Assembly: GCA_026004595.1 (NCBI GenBank)
Contig: BPJL01000007.1
Span: 12,460 to 76,459 of the forward strand
DNA: 64,000 nt
Source: Patescibacteria group bacterium
Lineage (GTDB): Bacteria > Patescibacteriota > WWE3 > UBA101185 > UBA10185
Reading direction: 5' to 3'
Part shown: one piece after another, positions 19,518 through 30,876 of the stretch
How positions within the stretch are numbered: position 1 is the stretch's first letter
Layout of the letters: each line of letters starts with the position of its first letter
Notes under the pieces: model-generated
What the model saw: only the letters and a program-made list of their open reading frames with translations
Databases searched by the model: none
What the model was told of the DNA's origin: nothing
Translations under genes and position numbers: made by a program

Positions 19518-22130
19518 TCAAAGATCGCGTTCTATTATTTCAAAACCTTTCCATCTTCCATTTGAACACGGTTTTCCAATGTGATCCTCTAGTGCGTTTT
19601 TAAAGTTCGGTCTTGATATCATTGGATAGTTAGGAAAGTTTTGACAGTACCATGTTTTAAAAACATTATACAGATAAGTACAGGAAAAGCTTTTATCCCC
19701 TTTTGTGATCTTTTCTTTTACAAAACGCCTTATCGGATCGTTTTCTTCCCAGTGTTTCTCAGTGTATTCCACGATAGCTCTTGGCTTAGTTAACCCTTCT
19801 TTCTTATAAAAAGAATAATAGTTAACCAGTATCCAACCGAACGCCTGCGCCAGTTCATCAAGTCTACTATCGAAAAAGGGGTCAAGTTTAAACCTTCTCT
19901 GTTCAAACTGTTCCTCTTCGTCGTCTGGTGCGTCATCTGTCCAAGTGCTAAGAAAGGGTACGTAAACAAAACGGTTTATAAGAGCCTTTGATACCGTTGT
20001 AAACTCTGGTATCCTGTTGCAGAGTATCACGACTTTAATGCTTATATCAAACGAACTACCGTTGTCGTAGCAGAAGCGTGCAAAAAGCTTGTCATTGCCC
20101 GTAAGTCTTTTTACTGTTCCCTCTTTTATTTTTTCCTCATTCTCAGTCTCGGGAACAAAACCAACTTTAGCCCCTTTCGTTTGAGCCAGCTCGGGTGAAG
20201 GGCCGTTTGCGCTACTTTTGCCAGTGAGAATTGACGGGGGTAAGTCAACAGCGTAGTCACCAAGCGTTAGTTGAACCAGCTTTGATAACATTGTCTTCGA
20301 GTTGTTCCCATCACCACACCAACATCTTAGTATCTTTTCTGAGTTTTTACCGTAGAGAAAAGAGGAAAAGTCCTTTAGCATGTAGTGAATAAGCTCCTCA
20401 TCATGAAAGATCTGCCTTATCCACTTCATAACCTCAACAACGTGTTTACTTTCCCACGAGTAGTCAGTCCTAAAGGGTATTTTTGTTGACTTTGTGATAA
20501 AGTCCTCAAGTTTACCTTCAGTAGGGAAAGCCTTGTCTTCCGTACAGACAATAACACAGTTACTCCAACCCGTTTTTGTTGGGTCAGCATCACGATACTT
20601 GTCAAAGTCTTTAACCTCAAAGTACTGTTGACACGCCTTTACGATTGTCGACTTCCAGTTATGATTTCCCATTTTCTCAATCAACTTCGTTATCTCTTTT
20701 ATGTACTGTTCTGATTGGCGTTCCTCTGAAGGGGAGTCAGTGTTTGATGACATGTCTTGAAACCTTTTTCTTAACTCTTTGTAACAACGTACCACCTTTT
20801 CTTTCATGTCTCTTCTTAAGTCAACTGCTTCAGACTGTTCGACTAGTCTGTTGTTATCAAACCTGTACCACCTTTTCCCTCCAGCCCAGATGTGATCAAG
20901 CCAGAGAACTCGATAAACAGCGTCTGCCACGTCGTCGTGTATAAGTGTTAAAGCGTCAAGTAGACTTTTCTTGTACCAGTTCTTGTGCCAGGTTTCGTAT
21001 TCTCTCGGAGAGTCTCTTCTCGCGTACCAACCAATAGTCTTTATGGTAAGGTGATTAGGGTTAAGTGAGTAGTAGTAATCACGGCAGTTGTCAGCGAACT
21101 TTGATGAAATGAGACGAAACAGCCTAAAGCCCTCGTCGGAACCGTTGTGAATATTATAGATACACTGTCCAATCTCTTTCCAGAAGTGTATCTGATTTAT
21201 TCTTGTTTTTGAAATAAGAGGCAACAGGTATTTTAACATCGTCTTTGGGTTGTCGTGAGTAACGTCCTCGTCAAACGATGCCGTTGGGCTGTTCGGGACT
21301 ACTTCCCTCACCGTTGTTTCTCCTGACCAAAAGTGTATTGACCTTAACAGGGGATACCAGTAGTAGAGATCACCATTCGTTTCCAGAAACGACGATGATA
21401 TCAACTTCTTGTATATAAACTGATAGTTCTCCGGTATAAAGATGTTTCTGCTAAGCTTGTACTCCTTTGGGTTGTATACGTTGTCTATTACTCCATAGAT
21501 AGACGTTAGTCTACAGGGAGCATGCTTTGGATCAAACTTTCCCCTATACATCGGTACATAATTTTCTATCTGAATAATCTCCCAGTCAAAGGGTAAGAAA
21601 GACATAAGAGAATGCTTTACCTCTTTTGTTATAACTTCTTTTAGGTAATCAACGTTTACGTGACAGTAGGGGAATATAAAGTTCACATTAAAATATATAT
21701 CCCTTCCAATCTTGTACCCTCTCGATTCTTCAACAAAAAGAATCAAGTTGTTTTTTGAAACGTTTAGCTTCTGCATAAGAATGTTCTGAATCATCGAACC
21801 TAATCTTACTATCAGAAACTTGTCATATTCGTCCTTTAGTATAAGGTGTATCATAACCGGCAGTTTATCGGTTATGATTTCTGATAGACTATGACCCAAC
21901 AGTGAAAAGTTAAACTCATAAGGGTTGCTTGGAAGCGGAAACTCATCATCTTCATCATCGAAAATCATTGTTTCCTTTAACTCGTCTTGATAAGTTAGCT
22001 CACAGAAACTGCTGAAAAACTCTCCCAAGAGCTTATAGTCAATGATAAACTTTTGACCATTAAACATCACTGGAATACCAGTATCATTCGGTATGAACTG
22101 TTTAAATTTTTTGTTGACAAGGTTTTCCAT
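19518..22130 (-). CDS. D5-like superfamily-3 helicase (NCLDV primase-helicase type)
   Basis: Walker A 'WCGDGNNSKTML' (G-x-G-x-N-x-K-T), Walker B-like 'VGFVPETEN', SF3 motif C 'VVILCNRIPEFT...INRFVYVPF'. Large N-terminal domain typical of D5-like proteins. Confidence 0.75.
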   Translation of the reverse strand: MENLVNKKFKQFIPNDTGIPVMFNGQKFIIDYKLLGEFFSSFCELTYQDELKETMIFDDEDDEFPLPSNPYEFNFSLLGHSLSEIITDKLPVMIHLILKDEYDKFLIVRLGSMIQNILMQKLNVSKNNLILFVEESRGYKIGRDIYFNVNFIFPYCHVNVDYLKEVITKEVKHSLMSFLPFDWEIIQIENYVPMYRGKFDPKHAPCRLTSIYGVIDNVYNPKEYKLSRNIFIPENYQFIYKKLISSSFLETNGDLYYWYPLLRSIHFWSGETTVREVVPNSPTASFDEDVTHDNPKTMLKYLLPLISKTRINQIHFWKEIGQCIYNIHNGSDEGFRLFRLISSKFADNCRDYYYSLNPNHLTIKTIGWYARRDSPREYETWHKNWYKKSLLDALTLIHDDVADAVYRVLWLDHIWAGGKRWYRFDNNRLVEQSEAVDLRRDMKEKVVRCYKELRKRFQDMSSNTDSPSEERQSEQYIKEITKLIEKMGNHNWKSTIVKACQQYFEVKDFDKYRDADPTKTGWSNCVIVCTEDKAFPTEGKLEDFITKSTKIPFRTDYSWESKHVVEVMKWIRQIFHDEELIHYMLKDFSSFLYGKNSEKILRCWCGDGNNSKTMLSKLVQLTLGDYAVDLPPSILTGKSSANGPSPELAQTKGAKVGFVPETENEEKIKEGTVKRLTGNDKLFARFCYDNGSSFDISIKVVILCNRIPEFTTVSKALINRFVYVPFLSTWTDDAPDDEEEQFEQRRFKLDPFFDSRLDELAQAFGWILVNYYSFYKKEGLTKPRAIVEYTEKHWEENDPIRRFVKEKITKGDKSFSCTYLYNVFKTWYCQNFPNYPMISRPNFKNALEDHIGKPCSNGRWKGFEIIERDL

Positions 22131-22258
22131 ATTTTCTAAAAAACATGTTATATTTAAACTTCAAATGTTCTCCAGACTGACAAAGAAGAAAAAAAGAAAA
22201 AAGAGCATATTACTTAAAACTGTTTCACAAATAGTAGAAGAGGCTTTAAGAAACGAAT

Positions 22259-22855
22259 TCAGTCGAGTGTTTCGCAAGTTTCTTCTTCTAGTATTTGAGA
22301 TAGCTCTTCTTCTGTCTCTTGGTGTACTAATTCAGCAAGTTTTTTACGGAATCCCTTGATTGACTTGTACACATGACTGTGAAAGTCGTCGCTGTTAACC
22401 GACTCGATACTAACCCATTCACCGTTTTCCAGTTCAAACGGCTCTTCAACCTCAACCACTATCATAACATAGTAATATTTCCCCAGCCAATAACAGCACT
22501 TAGATTCACGTATCTTTTTTTCTAGTTGATCTAACACATCTTTTCGAGTAACAAGTTCCTCCCGTGTTTCTCTTATCGCCGTATCCCTAAAACTTTCAAG
22601 AAAAATAAACTGTTTTTTGATCACGGCTTCCCTTTTCCCAGACGGTATCCCTTTTTTCTTTTTATCTATTATAACACAGATCTTATCGTCGGGAGTGATA
22701 AACAAAACGCCAGCGGCACAAAACCCGGCTTTATCAACGTCGAGTAAATCACCTGATAGATATGAGTTTGTAGAACACAGCCTTTTTCTTTTGATAAAGG
22801 ATTCACACTTTCTAAAATCGTGAAAGTTACCACAGCAACAGAATTCTGTTATCAT
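22259..22855 (-). CDS. Nudix-family hydrolase (putative mRNA decapping enzyme type)
   Basis: Nudix-box-like 'GKREAVIKKQFIFLESFRDTAIRETREELV' (E-x7-RE-x2-EE with the terminal Gly replaced). The actual start is probably an internal Met. Confidence 0.45.
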   Translation of the reverse strand: MITEFCCCGNFHDFRKCESFIKRKRLCSTNSYLSGDLLDVDKAGFCAAGVLFITPDDKICVIIDKKKKGIPSGKREAVIKKQFIFLESFRDTAIRETREELVTRKDVLDQLEKKIRESKCCYWLGKYYYVMIVVEVEEPFELENGEWVSIESVNSDDFHSHVYKSIKGFRKKLAELVHQETEEELSQILEEETCETLD

Positions 22856-23194
22856 GATTTAAGTTTAATTTATAATTAGAATATGAATCAATGCGGATAG
22901 TTGTTTTGTTTAAATGAACGCGTTTGTCATATTTAGGAGAAGGTGTACCTGTTCAGTTCCAATCGGACTGCTTCAGGAAAGAATAGAAAACGGTGAGTCG
23001 GTACCAGGCTGTGATAAAATGTGTTGTAAACTTAACATCCTTCACGCCCCTTTCTATTTTGTCGTCAACGTTGATGATGAGAGACTGGTTGTTAAAAAAG
23101 ACACAGGTATGGCAAGAAGAGAAGAGTCAACACCAGACTATGAAATCAAAGCACCAAAAATAGGATCCATAAAGCTTTAAACAGACTTTTGTTG

Positions 23195-25890
23195 ACTTCT
23201 TCTATCGTGATAAACTTTGATCAAAAAAAGCCAAAAACATACTTTTTTATTCCGTTATCACCCGTTGAGAAAAGCATGTTTTCATGGCAACATATATACT
23301 ACTCGGTTCGCAAAGCGTCGCAAAGCGTAACAAGTTTTTACGCAAGCGTTACAAAAATTAAAACAAAAAACACACGGATATAGTTGGGCTTAATTGGTTT
23401 TTGGGATACGCTTAGTTATCAAACAAACCTTGATCAAGTGTTTCTTTGAAGCTTGCACTGTTAAACCCTTTCTAAAACAAATTTTTTTAAGTTTGTTTAT
23501 CGTGATAAAACTTGATCAAAAAACGTTAAAAACATGCTTTTTTATCCCTTTATCACCCGTTGAGAAAAGCATGTTTTCATGGCCACTAGATGGTATATAC
23601 TGCTCAGTTTTAACAAGTTTTTTTAAAAGAATTAAGACAAAAAACACACGGGATATAGCCGGGCTTAATTGGTCCGCGTGACATGCTTGATTTTCAAACA
23701 AACCTTGATCAAGTGATTCTCCTCATCTCACGTTAAACCCTTTCTAAAACAGTCTTTTAAAACATTTGTTGTCAGTGATAAAACTTGATCAAAAACCGTT
23801 AAAAACATGATTTTTTATCCCTGTTTTTCCCGTTCAGAAAAGCATGTTTTTATAGCCACTAGATGGTATATACTGCTCAGTTTTAACAAGTTTTTTTTAA
23901 GAAAATTAAGACAAAAAACACACATGATATAGCCGGGCTTAATTGGTCTGTGAATAATCTTAAACACTCAAACAAACATTGATCAAGTGTTTCTTCGAAG
24001 CTTGCCCCGTTAAACCCTTTCTTAAAGCAGTCTTTTAAATATTTTTTATCCGTGATAAAACTTTGATCAAAAAACGTCAAAAACATGCTTTTTTAACAGG
24101 ATACACTGGGATAAAAAAGTATGTTTTTATAGCCACTAGATGATATATACTACTCGTTTTTAACAAACTGTTAAGAAAAAATAAGACATAAAACACACGG
24201 GACATATTCGGGCTTAATTGGTTTGCGATACACACTTGTGAGACTTTAAGACACTTAAACAAACCTTGATCAAGTGATTCTCCTCATCTCACGATAAACC
24301 CTTTCTAAAACAGTCTTTTTAAAAAAAACCTATTCTCGTGATAAACTTTGAACAAAAACCGTTAAAAACATGATTTTTTATCCCGTTAACTCCCGTTAAG
24401 AAAAGCATGTTTTTATAGCCACTAGATGGTATATACTGCTCAGTTTTAACAAGTTTTTTTAAGAAAATTAAGACAAAAAACACACATGATATAGCCGGGC
24501 TTAATTGGTCTGTGAATAACTTTAAACCCTTAAACAAACATTGATCAAGTGTTTCTTCGAAGCTTGCACTGTTAAACCCCTTTCTAAAACAGTCTTTTTA
24601 AAAAATCTATTCTCGTGATAAAACTTTGATCAAAAAACACCAAAAACATGCTTTTTTATCCCAGTTTATCCCGATGTAAAAAGCATGTTTTTATGGCCAC
24701 TAGATGGTATATACTGCTCGTTTTTTATAAGTTTTTTTTAAAAAATTAAGACAAAAAACACACGTGATATAGCCGGGCTTAATTGGTCTGCGTGATACTC
24801 TAGACACGCTTAGTTATCAAACAAACTTTGATCAAGTGATTCTCCTTATCTCACGTTAAACCATTTCTAAAACATTCTTTTTAAAAAAACCTATTCTCGT
24901 GATAAAACTTTGATCAAAAAATGCTAAAAACATGCTTTTTTATCCCAGTTTATCCCGATGTAAAAAGCATGTTTTTATGGCCACTAGATGGTATATACTG
25001 CTCGTTTTTTATAAGTTTTTTTAAAAGAATTAAGACATAAAATAACCCGTGATATAGTCGGGCTTAATTGGTTCGCGGGACATGCTTAGTGAGCTTTAAA
25101 CAAACCTTGATCAAGTGATTCTAAGCTTACCCGTTAAACCCTTTCTGAAACAGTCTTTTTAAAAAACTTATTTCTGTGATAAAACTTTGATCAAAAAATG
25201 CTAAAAACATGCTTTTTTATCCCAGTTTATCCCGATGTAAAAAGCATGTTTTTATGGCCACTAGATGGTATATACTGCTCGTTTTTTATAAGTTTTTTTA
25301 AAAGAATTAAGACATAAAATAACCCGTGATATAGTCGGGCTTAATTGGTTCGCGGGACATGCTTAGTGAGCTTTAAACAAACCTTGATCAAGTGATTCTA
25401 AGCTTACCCGTTAAACCCTTTCTGAAACAGTCTTTTTAAAAAACTTATTTCTGTGATAAAACTTTGATCAAAAAACACCAAAAACATACTTTTTTATCCC
25501 AGTTCATCCCGATGTAAAAAGCATGTTTTCATAGCCACTAGATGGTATATACTACTCAGTTTTTACAAAGTGTTTTAAAAGAATTAAGACAAAAATTACA
25601 CGGGATATAGTCGGGCTTAATTGGTCTGTGAATAATCTTAAACACTCAAACAAACATTGATCAAGTGTTTCTTTGAAGCTTGCACTGTTAAACCCTTTCT
25701 AAAACAGTCTTTTAAATATTTTTTATCCGTGATAAAACTTGATCAAAAAACGCCAAAAACATACTTTTTCACCCTACTACTTCCCGTTGTAAAAAGCATG
25801 TTTTCATGGCCACTAGATGGTATATACTATTCGTTTTCTATAAGGTTTTTTAAAAGAATTAAAACAAAAACACAAGGGATATGACAAACG
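23195..25890. repeat. Tandem repeat array 2: ~9-10 copies of the same ~290-bp unit family, in inverse orientation relative to array 1
   Basis: Units contain 'AAAAGCATGTTTT(C/T)ATGGCCACTAGATGGTATATACTGCTC', the reverse complement of the array-1 core. Period ~285-295. The many 60-95 aa ORFs listed here in the track are repeat artefacts. Confidence 0.95.
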
Positions 25891-25978
25891 CGGTGAGCTT
25901 TAAACCTTCATTGATTCACCGAAGCATTTACACACGACGTGATAGCTGGTTTTAGCTTATATCATATGTTACACTTCG

Positions 25979-28045
25979 TTACTGTTTCTCGTGAAAAAAC
26001 ATGTACATTGTTAATGGTATTGGCTTTATACCTTCGGGAAAGTGATATGAAGGAGGAATAACACCCTCTTTAACCTCTTCTACTTCCTCCTCTTCTTTGG
26101 TTTCAAGTCCTTTTTTGGCTATAGAACTCCATCCCCCAGCTGATGGTGTTATGATGATTCCCTTACTTAAAGCTTTGGATTCATCATAGAGATCATCTTT
26201 TCTAATCGGTTTCTGGAAGTACCTTCTTTTTTCTTTAGCCTCTTGTTTTATCATGGTAAAGTTACTTCTTCGTTCATACCTTGCTGCCTTTTTCTCTTTG
26301 TAGTTAAAATGTACCGTTTGAGTGGTTTTTAACTCAAGAAGTTTTATGATTAGACCTTTTATTTCTTCCCAGTCTGGTATTTCATCTGTCTCATAGGCCA
26401 AGTCGTCTTTTAAGTTAAAATATAGCTCATTAAATACTATTTTTGCAAACTGTTTTCTGAAAAAGTCTCTTTCCTCTTCGCTGAATTCTTCTTCGTCAAG
26501 TAGACGCTTTATGTAAGGTGGTGTTCTGTTTCTGTACACTATTTCCAGTGACTCGTTTTCGGGAAACAGCTTAAATAGCGTCTCTATGTCTTTTGAAATC
26601 ATCTCTTCGGAAACCTCGTCCTGATTATAGTATCTTTTTATCTCATCGTCCTCTTTTAGAACCTTCATTTCGATGGTAGCGTGACTATTATTTTTACAGA
26701 AAATGTCTTCCAGTATTAGTGATCTTATCCCAGGCGCTGTTATTTTATTTAACATGGTTTCCACTGTGACGTCTGGTGTAAAGTCACGAAGCCTTTCTTT
26801 TAAATCCTCTACGGGAGACCTGGATAACACCAAACCCTTTAATTCATTTGGAGAATCAAAACTGTTAAATAGTCTAAAGAGCTCTTCTTCTATGTTTTTC
26901 ACCGACTCTCCTTTCTTATCAAGTTTCAATAACCTTTCGTAAAGGGGTATTATCTTTTTATCTATTATGGTCTTAAATCCATAGATCAATATCTTAAGTT
27001 GTGATTTCTCTTTGTCTGTTAGGTTGATTTTTGGTCTATAGTTTTTCAACTTTTCTAGTATTATGTTAGTGATGTGGTTTCTTTCTTTCACGTTCTCTGG
27101 TATCTCTATCTCGAATGATCTCTTGAAAAGAAGAGCATAAGCTGCATCAGTGGGCCTTTTTTCCGAGAAGCAAACTTCAGCGACGTTACCCGGCAGAATC
27201 TCTATTTTTGGGTACCTTCTTTCCCTTATTCCCCTTGAATCCAAAATAACTTCATCACTCGTGGAAAACCTGCTAAATAGATCACGAATGATGTTAGTGT
27301 TATAGTGACTTGGAATGTCCTTTGAAACGATAATGTTGGGAATATACTTTTGTCTGTCGGGCATGTTTTCTCTGACTACGTCAACAACTATCCACCTCAC
27401 CATTTTTGCGGTTCTTTCTATTTCTTCTTCTGGGGGCTTTGTCAAGGGTATATTATTAGCAAAGTAGTGCCCCTTTGTCCTTTCAATATGTTTAACTAAG
27501 CTTTCGTCTTCAACTTTATCAAAGAGTCCTTCAATCAAAAGTTTTTGCTCGTAAATCTGTCTAGTTGTTAAATGAGAATCAAGTTTGAGTGTTATTCTTT
27601 CACGTTTAGCCTTTTTCTTCTTTTCTACGGTTTTAAACTCTTCTTCATCTTCTTCAATTCTGTAAGGTATCTCGCCGTTAGGAAGCTTTCCGGTTAGCAT
27701 ATTAAACATTTTTTCTGAGTTACTCACGTGAACATAGCTATGACCATAGTGAAAAAACTGGTTTTCCTTTCTCCTTAGCATTCTTGATGGGTCAAAAGGC
27801 ACCTCTTTCTTTCTGTTTACAACAACGTTTACAAGGAAATCTGCTGTCGAAATATCGTTTAACACATCTTCAAGTTCATGTTTACCATAGATCCTTTTGC
27901 ATATTTCCATCGCTTGTTCCTTTGCACGTTTAAACGCCCTCAAAATCTGATCGTGATTAAGTACTCCTGTAAAGCAATAAAGCGTTCTCCTTGTTTCGTC
28001 TACTCTTTTATCCATTTGATTATACACGAAAAAGTTATATTTCAA
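25979..28045 (-). CDS. Hypothetical protein (688 aa), K/E-rich
   Basis: Long ORF. No secure motif. Confidence 0.65.
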   Translation of the reverse strand: MKYNFFVYNQMDKRVDETRRTLYCFTGVLNHDQILRAFKRAKEQAMEICKRIYGKHELEDVLNDISTADFLVNVVVNRKKEVPFDPSRMLRRKENQFFHYGHSYVHVSNSEKMFNMLTGKLPNGEIPYRIEEDEEEFKTVEKKKKAKRERITLKLDSHLTTRQIYEQKLLIEGLFDKVEDESLVKHIERTKGHYFANNIPLTKPPEEEIERTAKMVRWIVVDVVRENMPDRQKYIPNIIVSKDIPSHYNTNIIRDLFSRFSTSDEVILDSRGIRERRYPKIEILPGNVAEVCFSEKRPTDAAYALLFKRSFEIEIPENVKERNHITNIILEKLKNYRPKINLTDKEKSQLKILIYGFKTIIDKKIIPLYERLLKLDKKGESVKNIEEELFRLFNSFDSPNELKGLVLSRSPVEDLKERLRDFTPDVTVETMLNKITAPGIRSLILEDIFCKNNSHATIEMKVLKEDDEIKRYYNQDEVSEEMISKDIETLFKLFPENESLEIVYRNRTPPYIKRLLDEEEFSEEERDFFRKQFAKIVFNELYFNLKDDLAYETDEIPDWEEIKGLIIKLLELKTTQTVHFNYKEKKAARYERRSNFTMIKQEAKEKRRYFQKPIRKDDLYDESKALSKGIIITPSAGGWSSIAKKGLETKEEEEVEEVKEGVIPPSYHFPEGIKPIPLTMYMFFHEKQ

Positions 28046-28050
28046 AAAAT

Positions 28051-29037
28051 ATGGACACGAGACTTATTTTAAGAGGACCTCCTGGTCCCTGTATCTGTAG
28101 TGAGAAGTGTGATTACTGGTTCACAAAAGTGATCAACAAGAACCCAACGCGGGCAAGCGAACCCTTGATAAAAACGGATTTTAAAAAGTTCGGCGAATCA
28201 AGTATTGAACAGGGCTGGAGCTTTGAAACGGTTAACCCCGTCGATTCATCACCTTTCCCGTGGTTAGTTATGGTAAATGGAAAAGGTGGAAAGCTATTAC
28301 TAAGAATGAACCCAAAAGTCGTTAACGTTAATTACAATGGAACTATTTTGAGGGCTATTGTCTTTTTGCCTCTTGATAAACTGGTAAACAACACTAGCAG
28401 TGTTTTGCTTGACAATGTTGTAACAACAAGCTTTATATTTCCAAAGAGTTATCAGGTTAAAAGCTTTTTTGATATAGTCGACGGGGATAAACTTTTTAAG
28501 GAAAGGATTGTTTTTGTTCCACTTAATCACAGCATAATCAACTTGACGATAAACAACACAGTGATCAAGATCAATCCGGATGACGTGAGAAACAAAGACA
28601 TGTTGGGTCCCTATTACATCGACGGTGAATCAAACCAGTTGGACATAACACTCTACGTTGGAAAGGTTACAAAAAAGAAAAAATATTATATGTTCTCTTT
28701 TGACTATGATGGCAAAGATATAGTTAATCCACCACAGTATGCTTTCGAGGTGGTTGGTTTGGTTGAGAGGCCTGATGCAAAAGGTGAACTGAAATACTTT
28801 ATAGACAGTGCGGTTGTCGATGTTAACAACAGGAAAAAGATCAAACTTGAAATGATACAGCCAAAAAAGATTAAAGTGTCTCTGGAAGAGGATATAGAAA
28901 GTGATTTTGCCTATAGCATGTCACCGGACATGTCTATAACGGAAATACAGACACAAGAACCCTGGATAATTTTTGTATCGCAAAAAGCGGTTAAGGTGTT
29001 TGGACTCTTTATAACAGAGGAATGGGTTGCTTTGTAA
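28051..29037 (+). CDS. Hypothetical protein (~329 aa from ATG at 28051)
   Basis: The track ORF begins at 27991 and overlaps the divergent upstream gene. The first ATG free of that overlap is at 28051 ('MDTRLILRGPPGP'). Confidence 0.6.
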   Translation: MDTRLILRGPPGPCICSEKCDYWFTKVINKNPTRASEPLIKTDFKKFGESSIEQGWSFETVNPVDSSPFPWLVMVNGKGGKLLLRMNPKVVNVNYNGTILRAIVFLPLDKLVNNTSSVLLDNVVTTSFIFPKSYQVKSFFDIVDGDKLFKERIVFVPLNHSIINLTINNTVIKINPDDVRNKDMLGPYYIDGESNQLDITLYVGKVTKKKKYYMFSFDYDGKDIVNPPQYAFEVVGLVERPDAKGELKYFIDSAVVDVNNRKKIKLEMIQPKKIKVSLEEDIESDFAYSMSPDMSITEIQTQEPWIIFVSQKAVKVFGLFITEEWVAL

Positions 29038-29061
29038 ACAACATTATTCACGATGATATAA

Positions 29062-29640
29062 ATGGGATGGCAAAAACTAGTCTTGATACTGATAACTATC
29101 TTAATAATATTGATAGCTCTCGATAACTTTACAAAAAGGGAAATCAACGTACCCCAATTGACTTCTGTTTATAGACCAACCAAAGTGATCTCTACTGGCC
29201 AAGAGTTAACCTGCAAAGCACTGAGCCTGATAACAAAAAGGCCTGTTGTTTATAACTATAGAAAGGCTGGCATCATTAACCCTAAAACAAAAAAGCCTTT
29301 GGAAATAGACTGTTTTGATGGTAAAATTGGAGTCGAGTATAACGGCATTCAGCACTATGTCTTTCCTAACAGGTTTCACGTTAGTGCTGAGGAATTTGAA
29401 GCACAAAAAAGAAGAGACAGAGAGAAACTTGAACAGGCGAGAAAGCTTAGGATACCCCTTATCATTGTTCCCTATTACATTGACAGCTGCGTGATGACGC
29501 CCGAGGGACCGAAAAGAAAACAGTTACCGAAAGAAACACGCTTTGTAAGGATATACTCCTATCTTAAACATGTGATACGACACTGGGACTCAGGGAACGT
29601 ACCTCCTCACGAACTTTCTCAATTGTGTAACTGTAAATAG
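29062..29640 (+). CDS. Membrane-anchored protein with DUF559/Vsr-like (PD-(D/E)xK superfamily) endonuclease-like motif
   Basis: N-terminal TM 'LVLILITILIILIAL', then 'EIDCFDGKIGVEYNGIQHYVF...EEFEAQKRRDREKLEQARKLRIPLIIVPY', resembling the DUF559 pattern (IE-x-DG-x-QH ... D..R...L...G..hhRh). Confidence 0.35.
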   Translation: MGWQKLVLILITILIILIALDNFTKREINVPQLTSVYRPTKVISTGQELTCKALSLITKRPVVYNYRKAGIINPKTKKPLEIDCFDGKIGVEYNGIQHYVFPNRFHVSAEEFEAQKRRDREKLEQARKLRIPLIIVPYYIDSCVMTPEGPKRKQLPKETRFVRIYSYLKHVIRHWDSGNVPPHELSQLCNCK

Positions 29641-30412
29641 GAAGGTATACAACATTGGGACTAACACCGTATAACACCTGTTCAACGTCAACCGTTCTTT
29701 CAGTAAAAAGGGAGAATATTTTATCGTTTCTGTTTGGTAACTCAACCGGTTTATCGTCTATGTAGATCTTTGATAAAACGTTAGCCGTCTTTTTCCTGTT
29801 TGGAATAAGTATCAGGGCGGACTGGTTTTTACCAACTATGGGCTTAACTTTCATCGTTGTTATCATAAGTGACCTTCTTGCGTTAATTATTCTTTTCGAA
29901 CCCATCGCGTTGTTAAGTTTACCTTCTATTCTGTTAAAGTAACTTGTGAAACTAACTGCTGCGTCGTTATAGTATCTTTCGTCTGACTTAAAATCAACGT
30001 CTTCGTACTTTTCAAGTTTAGAATAAAAAATTCTTTTTGGTATTAGTTCAGCATCGATTTTATACCCCTCTACAACGTTTATCATGATTGTGTATTTGCC
30101 CTGAGGTAGATCATAGGGTATTCTAACAGCTGCTTCTTTAAGATAAGGAATAGTAAAGATACAGATGTCCTTTTCGTGAGAGTAGAGTGAAACATCAAAG
30201 TAGGTACCCGGGTGTTTTACTCTTAAAACAAAGCTTTTATGTTCAACTGGTCCTATGCTATACAGGTCTGTTCCGGTGAGCTGAAGGGCGGGTAAAAGCT
30301 TAGTATCAGTTTTCTTTATTTTTATCGGTTTTTCTCTAAAAACCACTAAATATACAATAATGGGTATAATAAGAATAACTAGAACGATAACAAAAACTAC
30401 AAAAAAGTTCAT
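29564..30412 (-). CDS. Type II membrane hypothetical protein (282 aa)
   Basis: 'MNFFVVFVIVLVILIIPIIVYLVVF' N-terminal anchor. Confidence 0.55.
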   Translation of the reverse strand: MNFFVVFVIVLVILIIPIIVYLVVFREKPIKIKKTDTKLLPALQLTGTDLYSIGPVEHKSFVLRVKHPGTYFDVSLYSHEKDICIFTIPYLKEAAVRIPYDLPQGKYTIMINVVEGYKIDAELIPKRIFYSKLEKYEDVDFKSDERYYNDAAVSFTSYFNRIEGKLNNAMGSKRIINARRSLMITTMKVKPIVGKNQSALILIPNRKKTANVLSKIYIDDKPVELPNRNDKIFSLFTERTVDVEQVLYGVSPNVVYLPIYSYTIEKVREEVRSLSPSVVSHV

Positions 30413-30434
30413 TTTTATAAAATCTTATAATATT

Positions 30435-30854
30435 TCAACAAAACCAGATTATACTAGTAAAGTATGTTAACCAGATAAGCAGTGGTAATGTTGAAACTCT
30501 TCTATTGTTATCATTCCATGCCAGTTTAAGTGAAAAAAGTGTTGTGATGATAGACGAGAGCAAAAAGTAAGACGATATTTTAATCTGCTTGATAGAAAGA
30601 AAATAAAAAGACAAGATAATAAGAACTGTCGTGATGAAAAAGGTTGAGTTAGGAAACGACGAGTAAGAATAGAGAAAATAGCCCATGAAAAAGCTTGTTA
30701 TCAACAGAGAAGTTGAGTTTCCCCACTCTGGTTTATGAATGCTTTCCCACCAGTCCATTTTATCAAACATTAGGGAAAAGATGATAAGAGAGACCACTAC
30801 GGTTATAACCATGTGTATTATTAGATTTTTAGCACTCATTTTAAGTGAAATCAA
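30435..30854 (-). CDS. Small polytopic membrane protein (139 aa, ~4 TM)
   Basis: Four hydrophobic segments. It overlaps only the unlikely 5' extension of the topo II track ORF. Confidence 0.45.
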   Translation of the reverse strand: MISLKMSAKNLIIHMVITVVVSLIIFSLMFDKMDWWESIHKPEWGNSTSLLITSFFMGYFLYSYSSFPNSTFFITTVLIILSFYFLSIKQIKISSYFLLSSIITTLFSLKLAWNDNNRRVSTLPLLIWLTYFTSIIWFC

Positions 30855-30876
30855 GTTGTTTTGTAAAAGTAGACAA

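Noticed and set aside
22093-22359. 88-aa + strand ORF spanning the D5/Nudix intergenic region, and 22914..23180 (88 aa)
   Set aside because: Overlaps the ends of two well-supported minus-strand genes, and is K-rich low complexity. Probably spurious. 22914..23180 has no support beyond being open.
23189-25884. Numerous 60-95 aa ORFs in the track lying inside repeat arrays (e.g. 23189..23383, 23394..23681, 23883..24086, 24319..24537, 25657..25884)
   Set aside because: They are generated by the repeat unit itself and recur in each copy in shifting frames. They have no start context and their sequences are low-complexity. Non-coding repeat artefacts.
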